Shown here piece by piece: positions 1 to 10,548 of a stretch of 64,000 nt of DNA. Each line of letters begins with the position of its first letter. The first letter of the stretch is position 1. The translations under genes and the position numbers were made by a program. The notes below the pieces were generated by a model. The model was not told the DNA's origin. It did no database searches and saw nothing but the letters and a program-made list of their open reading frames with translations. The DNA is from an uncultured Spirochaetota bacterium (lineage in GTDB: Bacteria; Spirochaetota; Spirochaetia; SZUA-6; CAVTHK01): NCBI GenBank assembly GCA_963734495.1, contig CAVTHK010000011.1, positions 448,001-512,000 of the forward strand, read 5' to 3'.

Positions 1-230
1 GCACGGACGCGGCGAGCTTCAAGGTCGACGTGAAGAAAGAAGAAGGCCTTTCCGGCGGGATGCCGCACTACCGGCTGACCGTCCGCAGGGTGCGGGCCGA
101 CGAATGCAAGGCGATGCTGTGGGACGGCGTCGTGATCGAGCTCGATCTCGAAAAGGACGTGGGGCTCAAGGGAAGCTTCACCATCAGCGTGGAGAACCCC
201 GTGGCTCTCAAGTCCAGGGTCACGACGTGA
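1..230 (+). CDS. hypothetical protein, 3' part (runs off window start)
   Basis: Frame open from base 3 (TDAASFKVDVKKEEG...SRVTT*); stop overlaps next start (GTGA). Confidence 0.7.
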   Translation, partial: TDAASFKVDVKKEEGLSGGMPHYRLTVRRVRADECKAMLWDGVVIELDLEKDVGLKGSFTISVENPVALKSRVTT

Positions 231-814
231 GCGCGATCTCATGGCGGACCGGGCTCCTCGTTCTCTGTGTCCTCTTCGCTGCCGCTGCCACCGCGCGGGC
301 CGATGACCGCGTCGACCTCGCCAAAGCGCTCCTCGCGGCCACGGTCAGGGCGATCGACCTGGAGGTCGAGGGGTACAGGACGAGGCTGCGGGCCGCCGAG
401 ACCGGGACGGGTCCGAGGGACAACGTCGAGCGATTCAAGCAGAGAATCGCGGCGCTCGAGGCCGAGCGCGAGAAGCTCGGCCGCATGAAGCCGGAGGAGT
501 ACCCCGAGCCGGTCCGGCAGCAGGCGGACCCGGCCTCCGTCCTCGAGCTGACGGCCGGATTCGGGCCCGTCCTTCCGCCCGTGCTGAGGGACGTCACGGT
601 CACGGTCGACCAGCCCTGCGCCGACGGCACGCTGCTCTCGGTCGCGGGCACGAGCAGGTCCGGCCCCTTCTACCACCTGGCGGGGATCAAGGGCGGCGAC
701 TACGCCGCCTTGAAGCGGGGAAAGCAGTACCGCCTGACGCTCTGCCTGGTCTACAGGCGGGAGTACTTCGGGCTCATCGGCGACTACTACGTCTACGTCG
801 CCGAAGCAAAGTGA
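227..814 (+). CDS. secreted hypothetical protein
   Basis: GTG start overlapping upstream stop; signal peptide-like LLVLCVLFAAAATARA-D. Confidence 0.7.
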   Translation: MSAISWRTGLLVLCVLFAAAATARADDRVDLAKALLAATVRAIDLEVEGYRTRLRAAETGTGPRDNVERFKQRIAALEAEREKLGRMKPEEYPEPVRQQADPASVLELTAGFGPVLPPVLRDVTVTVDQPCADGTLLSVAGTSRSGPFYHLAGIKGGDYAALKRGKQYRLTLCLVYRREYFGLIGDYYVYVAEAK

Positions 815-1294
815 AGACAAGGCTCGAGGCGGTTCCCGCCGGCCTGTTCTCCTCGAAGTTCGAGGTGCTCGAAGACGGCGCGCCGATCGGGCGGATCGTG
901 AGCAAGGCCTTGATCCGCGAGAGAGGAACCCTCGAGACGGGCGGCCTGACCTTTTCGGCGGTTCGCGGGCGCGGGCTCCGCACGAGCTACACGCTGACAT
1001 CGGCAGCCGGGGAGCCCGTCGCCGGCGCGGAAAGAGCAAGGGCTGCTGCGCGAGGCCTATCGCGTCAGCTTCGCGGGCGCGGAGGTGCTCCTCACGAAGA
1101 AGGCCCTGGCCATGAGAGACACCTACGTCATGTCCGATGCGTCGGGTGAGATCGGGCGCATCGTGCGGACGAACGTTCTGTCCCGCCGGCTCCTGTTCGA
1201 GGCGGCGACGGGCGTGCCGCGGGAAATCTGTCTCTTCCTGATCTGGATCGCGCTCATGGTCCAGCGGAGGACCGGCGCGAGCTCGTCCTCCTAG
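811..1294 (+). CDS. LURP-one/scramblase-like hypothetical protein (frameshifted)
   Basis: ORFs 811..1149 and 1085..1294 join into one beta-rich protein; shift near 1035. Confidence 0.5.
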
Positions 1295-2416
1295 CGCCGC
1301 AGCCCGACGCTTGGTCCGGGAGTCAGGCTGGTGCGGCCATCGCGGCCGTCGGCCGCCAGCGCGCGCACGAGGTCCAGCGTCTCCTGGTCGAGCCCCAGTT
1401 GCCGGCGGTACAGCAGCCACTCCACGCCCCAGATGTAGATGCGGTCGATCCCGGCATCGACCGCGCTCTTCCAGGAGGCGGCGAGCTGCGCGGCGCTCAT
1501 GGTCCGCGCCAGCTCCGCCGGGCTCGTCGCCCGCACCGTTGCCGGATCGACGGGCCACGGCTCAGCCTGCAGCTCGCCCACCCAGAGGCGGCGGCCCCGG
1601 CGGGAAGTGAGCCAGTTCTGGTAGCGGAGGGACAGGGGGGCGAACATGCCGAAACGCGTGAGGTCGACGTAGCCCGTGAAGAACGTGCTGCGGAAGTAGA
1701 GACGCCAGTAGATCGAAACCGCAACGATGTCGGGGTCGAACCGGAGCGTCTTCTGCAGCTGCGCGGCCATCCACGGAACGTCGGTGTAGGTGACGACGAT
1801 CGGGTGACGTGGGTCGAGCAGGCGGACGAGCCTGATCTCCTCGGGCAGGTGGCGCGTCACGTCGCGGCTCTCTTCGCCGAACCTCCAACCCGCAAAGGCA
1901 GCCAGCGGCTCGTTCTCGACCTGCCACGCCTCGAGCGCCGGGTGGCCCCGGTACCGGCTCACGACGGCGGAGATGAACCGCGTGAGAGCCAGCCGGAACC
2001 CGCTCGTCCGCAGCAGAGGCGGCCCAGGGCGGAGCATGGTACTCGGGAAACCGCGGAACTTTGTGGCCGACGGCCAGCAGGACCCGGGCCCCGCCTTCCG
2101 CGGCCGCCTCCATCTGCCAATCGAGGCTTTCCCATCGGAAGGCTCCGGGCTCCGGCTCGACCTCGTCCCAGTAAACGGGAAGGCGAAGGGCCTTGATCCC
2201 CAGGTCCTCCATGGTGTCGGCGAGGGCCTCGCGGGGGTCCAGTCCCAGCTCCGCGGCGTATTGCGCGGAAAAGCTCGCACCGCACAGGACAGGCTGTCCG
2301 CCGCGGGGCTTCGGGACAAAGGCCTGCAGGATAAAGGGGCGGCCGAACGTGAGCGCCGCGACCGCCAGCGCCAGGACGAACGGCACGACCCGGCGGGTCA
2401 CCAAGACTTTCTGCAT
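1291..2416 (-). CDS. membrane-anchored TIM-barrel glycoside hydrolase-like protein (clan GH-A; frameshifted)
   Basis: LRLPVYWDEVEP, WQVENEP and GELQAEPW motifs split over ORFs 1562..2416 and 1291..2319. Confidence 0.75.
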
Positions 2417-2588
2417 TGCGTCACCCCAAGTTTAGGCCGCGCCGCGGCGCGATGCCAGCACGGGCGCGAGTGGCCCATATCCAGGGACGGGCAGGGCTTC
2501 CGCGGCGGGGTGCCGCGGGGTGAGGCCCGGGACGCGCCCCGCGGTGGTATGTTGATTGGGACGTCAGCCCGCGGACGGAGTCTCGATC

Positions 2589-3458
2589 CTGATAGTCCAT
2601 CTCGTCGACGGGACATATGAGCTGTTTCGCTGCTTCTACGGCCTCCGCCGCTCTCCGCAGCCCGACGACGGCTACGGCGCAGTCCGCCTGGTGCTGCACG
2701 CGCTGCTGCAGATGGTGGAGGGCGGGGCGACGCACGTCGGCGTGGCGACCGATCACGTCATCGAGTCGTTCCGCAACGCGCTGTGGCCGGGATACAAGAC
2801 GGGCGCGGGCGTAGATCCGGCGCTGCTCGCCCAGTTCCATCCCCTGGAAGAGGCGCTGTCCGCGTTCGGCTTCGTGGTGTGGCCGATGGTCGAGCTCGAG
2901 GCGGATGACGCACTGGCCTCGGCGGCCGCCGCGGCTGCACCCGATGCGGCCGTCGAGAAGGTCTGCATCTGGACGCCGGACAAGGACCTGGCGCAGTGCG
3001 TGGTTGCCGATCGCGTCGTGCAGGTGGACCGGCGCTCGGGCCGCATCCGAGACGCCGAGGCCGTGCGGGAGAAGTTCGGCGTGCCGCCGGGATCGATTCC
3101 CGATTACCTGGCCTTGGTGGGCGACAGCGCCGACGGCTATCCCGGCATCCCCGGATGGGGAGCGAAGTCCGCGGCTGCGCTGTTCTCGCGCTACTCGCAC
3201 CTCGCCGATGTGCCTGTTGCGGACCCCGGATGGCGGCCCGCCATCGCCAACGGCGCGCGCCTGGCGCGCTCGCTGCGCGAGGGGTGGGACCGCGCCCGGC
3301 TCTTTCGCGACCTGGCAACGCTGCGGACGGACGCGCCGGTCTTCGGCTCCGTAGACGAGCTGGCCTGGAAGGGGCCGCAGCCTCAGGCGGAGGGGCTCTC
3401 CGGGCGCATCGCGGCGACCACGCTCCTCGAGCGCGCGAGACGGCTGCGAGCCGGCTGA
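2589..3458 (+). CDS. 5'-3' exonuclease / flap endonuclease (standalone PolI N-terminal type)
   Basis: LVDG, EADD, DKDLAQ and H3TH LVGDSADGYPGIPGWGAKSA motifs; start uncertain (CTG after GGAG). Confidence 0.9.
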   Translation: MIVHLVDGTYELFRCFYGLRRSPQPDDGYGAVRLVLHALLQMVEGGATHVGVATDHVIESFRNALWPGYKTGAGVDPALLAQFHPLEEALSAFGFVVWPMVELEADDALASAAAAAAPDAAVEKVCIWTPDKDLAQCVVADRVVQVDRRSGRIRDAEAVREKFGVPPGSIPDYLALVGDSADGYPGIPGWGAKSAAALFSRYSHLADVPVADPGWRPAIANGARLARSLREGWDRARLFRDLATLRTDAPVFGSVDELAWKGPQPQAEGLSGRIAATTLLERARRLRAG

Positions 3459-3550
3459 CGTCGAGTGTCGATTCCCCCCGCCCTCGTTCGTCGTACCGAT
3501 AGAGGAGCGGCGGGGCCGCGCGCGCCACCGAGAACGCAAGGAGAGCCAAG

Positions 3551-3961
3551 ATGCGTTTCATGATACTGGTCAAGGCGACCAGGGACAGCGAGAAGGGAGT
3601 CATGCCAGGCGAGGAGGTCTTTGCCGCCATGGCGAGTTACCACGAGGAGCTGGCCAGGGCCGGAGCGCTGCTCGACGCCTCTGGGCTGCAGCCGAGCTCG
3701 AAAGGCTGGCGCGTTCGCTACACCGGCGGCAAGGCCTCGGTGGTCGACGGCCCCTTTGCGGAGAGCAAGGAGCTCGTGGCCGGCTACACCATCATCCAGG
3801 TCAAGTCGCGGGAAGAGGCGCTGGAGTGGACGAGGCGTTTCCCGAATCCCGGCATGAAGGACGGTGAGATCGAGGTCAGGCAGCTCTTCGACCTGGAGGA
3901 CCTTGGTCCGGGGGAATCGATCGAGCGCTTCCGCAGGTTAGGAGTCGCCGGATCCAGGTAG
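3551..3961 (+). CDS. YciI/DGPF-family protein
   Basis: DGPFAESKELVAGY signature; AGGAG RBS. Confidence 0.9.
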   Translation: MRFMILVKATRDSEKGVMPGEEVFAAMASYHEELARAGALLDASGLQPSSKGWRVRYTGGKASVVDGPFAESKELVAGYTIIQVKSREEALEWTRRFPNPGMKDGEIEVRQLFDLEDLGPGESIERFRRLGVAGSR

Positions 3962-4068
3962 CCCGCGCGTCCGGCGCGTCGGCAGCGGGCCGCGGCCGTC
4001 CTCGGCCTCGACGACACGGTCGACACCGTGGCCCGGCAGCCCCGCGGCAAACCGCGTCCCTCGCCGCC

Positions 4069-4422
4069 TCAGATCGCGTGCAAGCCCACGGCCTGGGCGC
4101 AGGTCCTGAACCGCGCGTCCGCGGTCAGGACGACCAGCGGTTCCGGATCGAGCTCCGCCCAGAGGATTGCCGTGGAGAGGTGAAGGGCGTCGAGCGTCCC
4201 GATGATCGTTGGGAACGCCTGGGCCGCCCGGCTCTTGACCCGGGGCGTCATCTCGAACGATCCGTGATGGCTCCGTCGAGGCGATAGCGCTGGAGGACCC
4301 GGTGACACTCGATGGCCAGAAGCTCGCTTGAACCCGGCTCTCGAAATCCCGGATGCGTTCGAGCTCCCGGTCGGCCGTGAGCAGGTAGCGCAGCATTACC
4401 GACGAATCCACGTAGCATTCAT
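4069..4422 (-). CDS. vapC: PIN-domain VapC toxin (frameshifted)
   Basis: YVDSS N-terminus, TLDALHLSTA, LTADARF; split over frames; start overlaps antitoxin stop. Confidence 0.75.
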
Positions 4423-4663
4423 CGCTCGCGACGCTCCGCCGTAAGGACGGCGAGGGGATCGACCTCTACAGAGATGCCCGGTTTGCGGAGCTCGAGCGCG
4501 CGCGTCGGAGCCTGCGGTACCAGCGGAGCGTTCGATTCCTCGTAAGGGATCACCTGGGCGATCGGTATTCGCGATCCAGGATGACGATCCGCCCGCCCTG
4601 GCGTACGGCAAGAAGCACCTGGCTGATGTGAGCCTTGAACTTGGAAATATTCATGGTCTTCAT
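4419..4663 (-). CDS. Phd/YefM-family antitoxin (frameshifted)
   Basis: MKTMNISKFKAHISQVLLAVRQGGRIVILDR joins IPIAQVIPY...LTAERRER. Confidence 0.8.
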
Positions 4664-4698
4664 GAGACCCCAATAGGTCTTGTCGAGACCTGTGTCAA
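4655..4698 (-). promoter_or_regulatory. TA promoter with tandem operator palindromes
   Basis: TTGACA-N17-TATTGG-N6-ATG; GGTCT-N5-AGACC at 4655-4669 and 4676-4690. Confidence 0.65.
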
Positions 4699-4730
4699 CC
4701 GCGGCCCCGCGATGCACCGCGATGCGCGCC

Positions 4731-5756
4731 TCACGTCCGCCTGAACGTTCTGTGCGCGATCTCGACGACGCCGCCGGGGAGGAACTGGGCCGCGAGCTGG
4801 CGGACTCCCCGCCTGCGGTCCTCGTCGCCGCGCTCGCGGCCGAACACGAGGCGGCAGTACGCGGCCACGTCCTGCACGATCCGCTCGTAGCGATAGTAGG
4901 CGACGGCGGCGGCGTCGATCGAAATCTCGCCGTACCCCCGGTAGAACCAGGCCTCCTCGTCCGGCCTGTTCCAGACCCCGCCGACGCCCCCGCCGACGAA
5001 CATCAGGTCCCGCTCCCTGGGAGCGAACAGCAGATCGTCCCAGTCGACGACGAAGAGCCCGCCGCCGTCCGCCACGAGGACGTTGCCCGCGTGGACGTCG
5101 GTGTGGCAGAGCACGAACGCGGGCGCGGCGCGCCGCAGCCCGGCCGCCAGGCGCTCCGCCCGGTCGACCATCAGGCCGATCTCGCCGCGCCGGGACTCGA
5201 GGAGCGCGGCAAGCTCGCCGGCGGCCGGATCGGAGCCCGCGGGGTCCGCCGGGCGCGCGAGGGCCTCCCGCACCTCCTCGCGCGCCTCCGGCGACCAGGC
5301 CTCGCGCGGGATCGCCTCGCGCATGTTATGCGGCAGCGGCTCGTCGTGCAGCCGCCGGAGGAACGCGCCCAGCGCCGTCCAGCGGCGCTCGTCCAGCTCC
5401 GCGGCGAACCCGCTGCGGCCTTCGACAAAGGGATACAGGATCATGCTGAAGGCGTCCGCGGCCGGCCCCGCCTCGAGCGGGGCGCTGAGCCCGCCGTCGA
5501 GGGTGGGCAGCGGCGCGATGACGTGCTCGACGCCGCGGTCCGCGAGCAGCCGCGGCAGCGCCACGCTCGCCTGCTTGAAGGGGCCGCGCCGCAGCTTGAG
5601 GAACCACAAGGCGCCGCCCGCGCCCCACACGCGGAAGACGGCGGTTCCGACGTCGGAGCCGAGGGGCAGGAAGCGCAGCCGCGTCGCGGCCACGCCGTAC
5701 GCGTCGCGCAGGGAGGAGAGGATCGCGTGATCCGGTATGTCGGGCGGCTCCAGCAT
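4731..5756 (-). CDS. aminoglycoside phosphotransferase-family kinase (APH(9)-like)
   Basis: Brenner motif CHTDVHAGN, VVDWDD, PRERDL. Confidence 0.85.
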   Translation of the reverse strand: MLEPPDIPDHAILSSLRDAYGVAATRLRFLPLGSDVGTAVFRVWGAGGALWFLKLRRGPFKQASVALPRLLADRGVEHVIAPLPTLDGGLSAPLEAGPAADAFSMILYPFVEGRSGFAAELDERRWTALGAFLRRLHDEPLPHNMREAIPREAWSPEAREEVREALARPADPAGSDPAAGELAALLESRRGEIGLMVDRAERLAAGLRRAAPAFVLCHTDVHAGNVLVADGGGLFVVDWDDLLFAPRERDLMFVGGGVGGVWNRPDEEAWFYRGYGEISIDAAAVAYYRYERIVQDVAAYCRLVFGRERGDEDRRRGVRQLAAQFLPGGVVEIAHRTFRRT

Positions 5757-5819
5757 CGCGCCCAACATAGCGCGCGGGCGGCTGCGCGCCAAGGCGGCGC
5801 GCGCGCAACGCAGTGCGAC

Positions 5820-6372
5820 CTACTTGTCCTGCGCTCGGGGATACGGCGGCTCGCGGACCAGGCGCTCCAGCACGTCGACCCACGTCTGGTCCACCGTGTA
5901 AACGTCGTGCGAGCCCGCGAGCCGGACGTAGGAGGCGCCGCCGTCCGGCGTCCGATCGCCGACTTCCGCTTTGACGGAGCTCCCGTTCGCGAGGGTGAGG
6001 TCGATCCTGACCGCAGGCGCGCCGAACCCGTAGACCGCAAGCTGCTCGTCGCTCGCATCGGCGGCTATGGACCGGTTCGCTCCCGGACCGCTCAGGATGA
6101 GGGGGACGCCGCCGCCCCAGCGCTGCATGTCGACTTTCGGTCCGGCGGGCTCGTCGAAGTACCAGTACTGGTCATCGTGCCTGACCCACGCGGCGGCTCT
6201 TGCCGTCCGATGGAAGGCTGATGGCGATGCGCCTGAGCTCGTCCATCTCCACGGACCAGAGGAATGCCCGCGGCTTTTCCGGCGGCGCGACGTCGGGCCT
6301 GCGGGTCGCGACGTACCCGATCGCCAGGGCTGCGAGAATCGCCGCCATGACGGCGATGGCGCGGAGTCTCAT
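5820..6372 (-). CDS. DUF4340-domain protein (frameshifted)
   Basis: N-terminal TM, LAVYGFGAP, VGDRTPDGGASY; follows GldG-like gene. Confidence 0.7.
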
Positions 6373-6380
6373 CGGGCCGT

Positions 6381-7907
6381 CTACCTTCGACGCCACCAGA
6401 CGAGGCCTCCTGCCGCGAGGACGAGGAGCGGGAGAAGCCCCACGCTCGACAGATGCAGGAACCTCGCCTGCTCCGGGCTCAGCAGCAGCCTGCGGGTGTC
6501 GAGCACTTTGCGGTCGACGGAGATGATCTCCTGCCCGGCGGCGAGCCAGTTGACCGCGGTGAGAAAGAGCGCGCCGTTGTTGCCGTTGCTGAAGTTCGTG
6601 TTCGAAGCGAAGTCCGAGTCGCCGATTGCCACCAGGCGCGTCCCGGTCTCCGCGTTCTGGCCCGCGGCGCCCGCGGGAGCCGTGGAGAGAAGGGCGCCGA
6701 TCGCCAGGGGACCCTTCCTGTCGACTCGCGGGTCGAACGCCGGCTCGCCCCCGCCGGGGCCCTTCTCGAGCCACGCATCGGGGCTCGTCCAGACCAGCGC
6801 GCTCAGCGTGACGTCGCTCGGGGCCTTTCCGTCGGGGATCACGGCGGTAGCGCCGGGGAAGTAGGTTTCCGACAGCCCGAAGCTGTTTCTCGTTCTCGGC
6901 ACGAGCAGAGTGTCCCGGCTCGGCTCGACGTAGGATTTGGGGTCGACCAGGGTCCCGTCCTCGATGTCGATCCACCAGTCGGCGAGGAGCTGCCGGATCC
7001 CCGCCGGCGGGTTCGGATCGAGGAGCACCAGGACCCGCCCGTCGTTCCTGATCCAGGTCCGGATCAGCTCGAGCTCGCCGCTCGCGGGCGACTGCCTCGG
7101 CCCTGCAATGACGAGCACGGCGGCGTCCCCGGGCACGCGGGGCTGAGCCGCGAGATCGAGCACATCGACCTGGAAGAGGTTGTCCCTCAGCCCGCTCGCG
7201 GCCGCGCTGTAGTCCCGCAGCACGCTGGCCTCGCCGTGGCCGGTGAGGAAGTACACCTTCTTCTGTCTCGTTCCGGTCACTTCGAGGATCGCGCTGGTAA
7301 AGGCATGCTCCGCCCCGGCCGCGATTTCGGGTCCAAGGATCTGCCGCTGTCCCTCGCCGCTGCGGAACACGACGGCCCCGTACGCGGCGCCCGCCCTGTC
7401 CACGCCGTAGCGCCTCGCCTGGTCGGGCCGCAGGTCGGGGTCGATCTCCTTGAGCGTCAGCCGGTCGGTGTGGTTCTTGTACTCGGCCAGCAGGCTGCGC
7501 GTGTAGCTGCTGATCTCCGCGGGCACGCCGGGCGAAAAGAAGGTCACCACTTCGACCGGCTTGTCCAGCCGGGCGAGCACGTCCTTCGTCTGGGACGTCA
7601 GCGTGAACTGCGCGAGACCGGTCAGATCGAAACGGTGATAGTTGCCCATGCTGATCGCGTTCGCGAGCACGACGATTCCGGCAAACAGCGAAACCATCAC
7701 GGTCGCGCCGATGCCGAGCCTGCCCCGCCGGCTCGCCAGCGCGCTTCTGATCCGTCTGAAGTCTGCGACGGCCGCGGCCGCGATCAGCGCCGCGCCCAGG
7801 GCCATGATGGCCCACGCGAACGCGCGGATGCCCGGCAGGATGAACATGAGCACCCAGCCGAAGAGCAGGGATGCCAATCCGAGCAGCGCAACCGTCGCCG
7901 TCTGCAT
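6381..7907 (-). CDS. GldG-family ABC auxiliary component
   Basis: RFDLTG..FTLTSQT, VYFLTGHGE, GDSDFASN, N- and C-terminal TMs. Confidence 0.88.
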   Translation of the reverse strand: MQTATVALLGLASLLFGWVLMFILPGIRAFAWAIMALGAALIAAAAVADFRRIRSALASRRGRLGIGATVMVSLFAGIVVLANAISMGNYHRFDLTGLAQFTLTSQTKDVLARLDKPVEVVTFFSPGVPAEISSYTRSLLAEYKNHTDRLTLKEIDPDLRPDQARRYGVDRAGAAYGAVVFRSGEGQRQILGPEIAAGAEHAFTSAILEVTGTRQKKVYFLTGHGEASVLRDYSAAASGLRDNLFQVDVLDLAAQPRVPGDAAVLVIAGPRQSPASGELELIRTWIRNDGRVLVLLDPNPPAGIRQLLADWWIDIEDGTLVDPKSYVEPSRDTLLVPRTRNSFGLSETYFPGATAVIPDGKAPSDVTLSALVWTSPDAWLEKGPGGGEPAFDPRVDRKGPLAIGALLSTAPAGAAGQNAETGTRLVAIGDSDFASNTNFSNGNNGALFLTAVNWLAAGQEIISVDRKVLDTRRLLLSPEQARFLHLSSVGLLPLLVLAAGGLVWWRRR

Positions 7908-7908
7908 C

Positions 7909-8625
7909 TCAGCGCCACCTGTCCGCTTCGACCGATCTCACGGCGAGGAAGAGGAACACCGCGGTCGTGCTGAGATAGGTGACGACCGACCGGGTGTCGA
8001 TCACGCCCCTCACGAAGTCGGGGAAATGGCCGGACAGCGAAACGTAGGACAGCAACTCTCCAAGGGCACCGGGCGCCGAATCCGCGAGGGCTCCGAGGAA
8101 CCACAGGGCGAAGAGGATCCCGCCGGCGACCACCCCGGCCGCGATCTGGTTCGACGTGAGCGACGACGCGAACAGGCCGACTGCCAGCGCGGCGCTGCCC
8201 AGGAGGAGCAGGCCCACGTAGCTCGTAAAGATGGGTCCGAGGTCCGGGTCGCCGAGCACGAACAGGAGGACGGGGTAGTAGAGAGTCAGCAGCAGCATGC
8301 TCGCGAGCAGGGCCAGGCTGCCGAGGAACTTGCCGATCACGATCTCGACGTCTCTCACCGGGACGGTGAGCAGCAGCTCCCAGGTCCCGAGCTTCCGCTC
8401 CTCTGCGATCAGGCGCATGGTGAGCGCGGCGGCGAAGAGCAGGATCAGGAACTGAGCCGCGTCCAGGAACCCTCTGATGCTGGTGTCGGCGTAGTTCGTG
8501 CCTGCAAGGTAGGAGGCGAAAAAGGTGCCGCTGAGCCCCAGGAACACCGCCGTGACGACGTATGCGACCGGCGAGGCGAGATAGGACCTGAACTCCTTGC
8601 GGGAAATGATGCTTATGTTCTTCAA
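7909..8625 (-). CDS. GldF-like ABC-2 permease
   Basis: KEFRSYLASPVAY, AEERKLGTWELLLTVP. Confidence 0.9.
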   Translation of the reverse strand: MKNISIISRKEFRSYLASPVAYVVTAVFLGLSGTFFASYLAGTNYADTSIRGFLDAAQFLILLFAAALTMRLIAEERKLGTWELLLTVPVRDVEIVIGKFLGSLALLASMLLLTLYYPVLLFVLGDPDLGPIFTSYVGLLLLGSAALAVGLFASSLTSNQIAAGVVAGGILFALWFLGALADSAPGALGELLSYVSLSGHFPDFVRGVIDTRSVVTYLSTTAVFLFLAVRSVEADRWR

Positions 8626-9576
8626 GCGCCGCCCCCGGCCGCGTTACTTTCGGGCGCGCCGCCTTGGGTCGTCAGCTCGAGGAAGACTTCCTCGAGGCTC
8701 ATCTCGACAGCCTCCATGGTCAGGAGCGTCCAGCCGCTGCTCACGATGGTTTGCGTGATCTCGGCCCGGGGCTCGCGGTCGGAGGGGAAGTCCACGACGT
8801 GATAGGGCTCTTTCGAACCTCACCGCCTGCACGCCGTCGATCTCCCGCAGGCGGCGGGTCACCTCCTCGTCGGGGCCCTGCACGCGCAGGCGGATGCGGC
8901 TTCCGCCCTTGAGGAGCGCCGTGAGGTTCTCGATCCGGTCCTGGGCCACGATCCGCCCCTGGTGGATGATGATCACGCGTTCGCAGATCATGCTCACTTC
9001 GGGCAGGATGTGGGTGGAAAGCAGGATCGTGTGCTCCTTTCCCAGCTCCCGGATGAGATCCCTGGTCTGCGCCACCTGGATGGGGTCGATGCCGACCGTC
9101 GGCTCGTCCAGGATCAGGACCTGCGGCTCGTGGATGATCGCCTGCGCCAGCCCGACCCGCTGCCTGAACCCTTTGGACAGCTTGCCCAGGATGACGTCGA
9201 TGTACTCCTCGAGGCGACAGGTCTCCACGACGCTCTCGATCCGCGCCTTCGCCTTCCGCGCGTCGAGCCCCCTGAGCCTGCCGACGTACTCCAGGTAGGC
9301 GCGCGTGGTCATGTCGGTGTAGAGCGGCACGATCTCCGGCATGTAGCCGATGAGCCGCCGGCCCTCCAGGGACCGGGTCGTCATGTCGTGCTCGGCTATC
9401 CGCACGTCGCCGCTCGTCGGCATCAGGTAGCCGGTGACGATGCGCATGGTCGTCGTCTTGCCCGCCCCGTTGGGGCCGAGGAACCCGACGATCTCGCCCT
9501 TCTCGACGGTGAACGTGATGTCGTCGACCGCCCGGCGCTTGCCGTAGTTCTTGACGAGGTTCGCGATCCGTATCAC
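8622..9576 (-). CDS. GldA-like ABC ATP-binding protein (C-terminal frameshift)
   Basis: GPNGAGKTT, LSKGFRQR, ILDEP; SLEEVFLELT tail in another frame. Confidence 0.9.
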
Positions 9577-9592
9577 CGTCGGCTCCCCGGGC

Positions 9593-10522
9593 TCACTTCT
9601 TCGACCTCTGCACCTGCCACTTCACCCACGCATCGGTCTCGGAGTCGTAGCCACCGTGGAAACCGTGGAACTCCACCTTCTCGTACTGGTACTCGCCTCT
9701 GACCCAGTCGTTGAGGGCGGAGGCCTTGAGCTTCTCCAGCGAGTCGCTCTCGATCTGCCTGCTGGCCCTTTCGGCGACAAAGATGACCACCGTCTGGTCG
9801 CCGAGGGCCAGGGGATCGCTCGCTTCGCCCGGCTTGAGGTCGTCGAACGCGGCCTTGGCCAGCTCAGGCGTGAGCGCTCCTCGAGGGAACCACCCGACGT
9901 CGCCGCCGTTCTCCCTCAGCTTCGGGTCCGACGCCAGCTCTCGAGCCAGAGCCTGAAAGGTCTCTCCCGACCGCAGCCGCTCCTTGACCCTGTTCGCGTC
10001 CGCGGGCTCCTTGACCGGGATCATGTAGAGGTGGACCTGCTCGCCGACGGTCGGAACCCTGCGCGACAGGTATTCGGTCATGCGCAGGGTCATCACGTTC
10101 GTCTTCGCCAGGTCGCGGAACTCCGCGTCGGAGAGCCTGGTCTCGTTCAGTTTCTGGCGAAACCACTCCTTGAAGTCGCTGTCCGTGATGCGGTCGCTGC
10201 TGCCGCGGGCCAGGTCTCTGAGGAAGCGATCGACATCCTGGTCGGTCACTTCGATGTTGTAGGGCGGCGCGGGCGCCACCTGCCTGATGATCAGCTCGCT
10301 CACCAGGGCCTGGAGCACTTCGAGCGGCTCCCTGCCCGACATGCTCACCCGCTTGAGGAAATAGCGCATCGCGACCGAGCGGTCGCCGACCACGAGGACG
10401 GTCGTCCGAAACGGCGCCACCTGGTCGAGATAGATGCCGATGCCGGCCGCCGCCGCGACGACGGCAGCGACCGCCGCGGCGATCGCGAACGTCCTGCCCT
10501 TCGGCACGCGCGCGCCTTCCAT
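9593..10522 (-). CDS. parvulin-type peptidyl-prolyl isomerase (SurA/PrsA-like)
   Basis: N-terminal TM; FQALARELASD...GGDVGWFPRG. Confidence 0.85.
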   Translation of the reverse strand: MEGARVPKGRTFAIAAAVAAVVAAAAGIGIYLDQVAPFRTTVLVVGDRSVAMRYFLKRVSMSGREPLEVLQALVSELIIRQVAPAPPYNIEVTDQDVDRFLRDLARGSSDRITDSDFKEWFRQKLNETRLSDAEFRDLAKTNVMTLRMTEYLSRRVPTVGEQVHLYMIPVKEPADANRVKERLRSGETFQALARELASDPKLRENGGDVGWFPRGALTPELAKAAFDDLKPGEASDPLALGDQTVVIFVAERASRQIESDSLEKLKASALNDWVRGEYQYEKVEFHGFHGGYDSETDAWVKWQVQRSKK

Positions 10523-10548
10523 CCTACCGTTCCTCGCTCTTGGGCATG

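Noticed and set aside
4731-5756. Functional antibiotic resistance gene
   Set aside because: APH-fold motifs alone do not show an antibiotic substrate, and no mobile context is visible.
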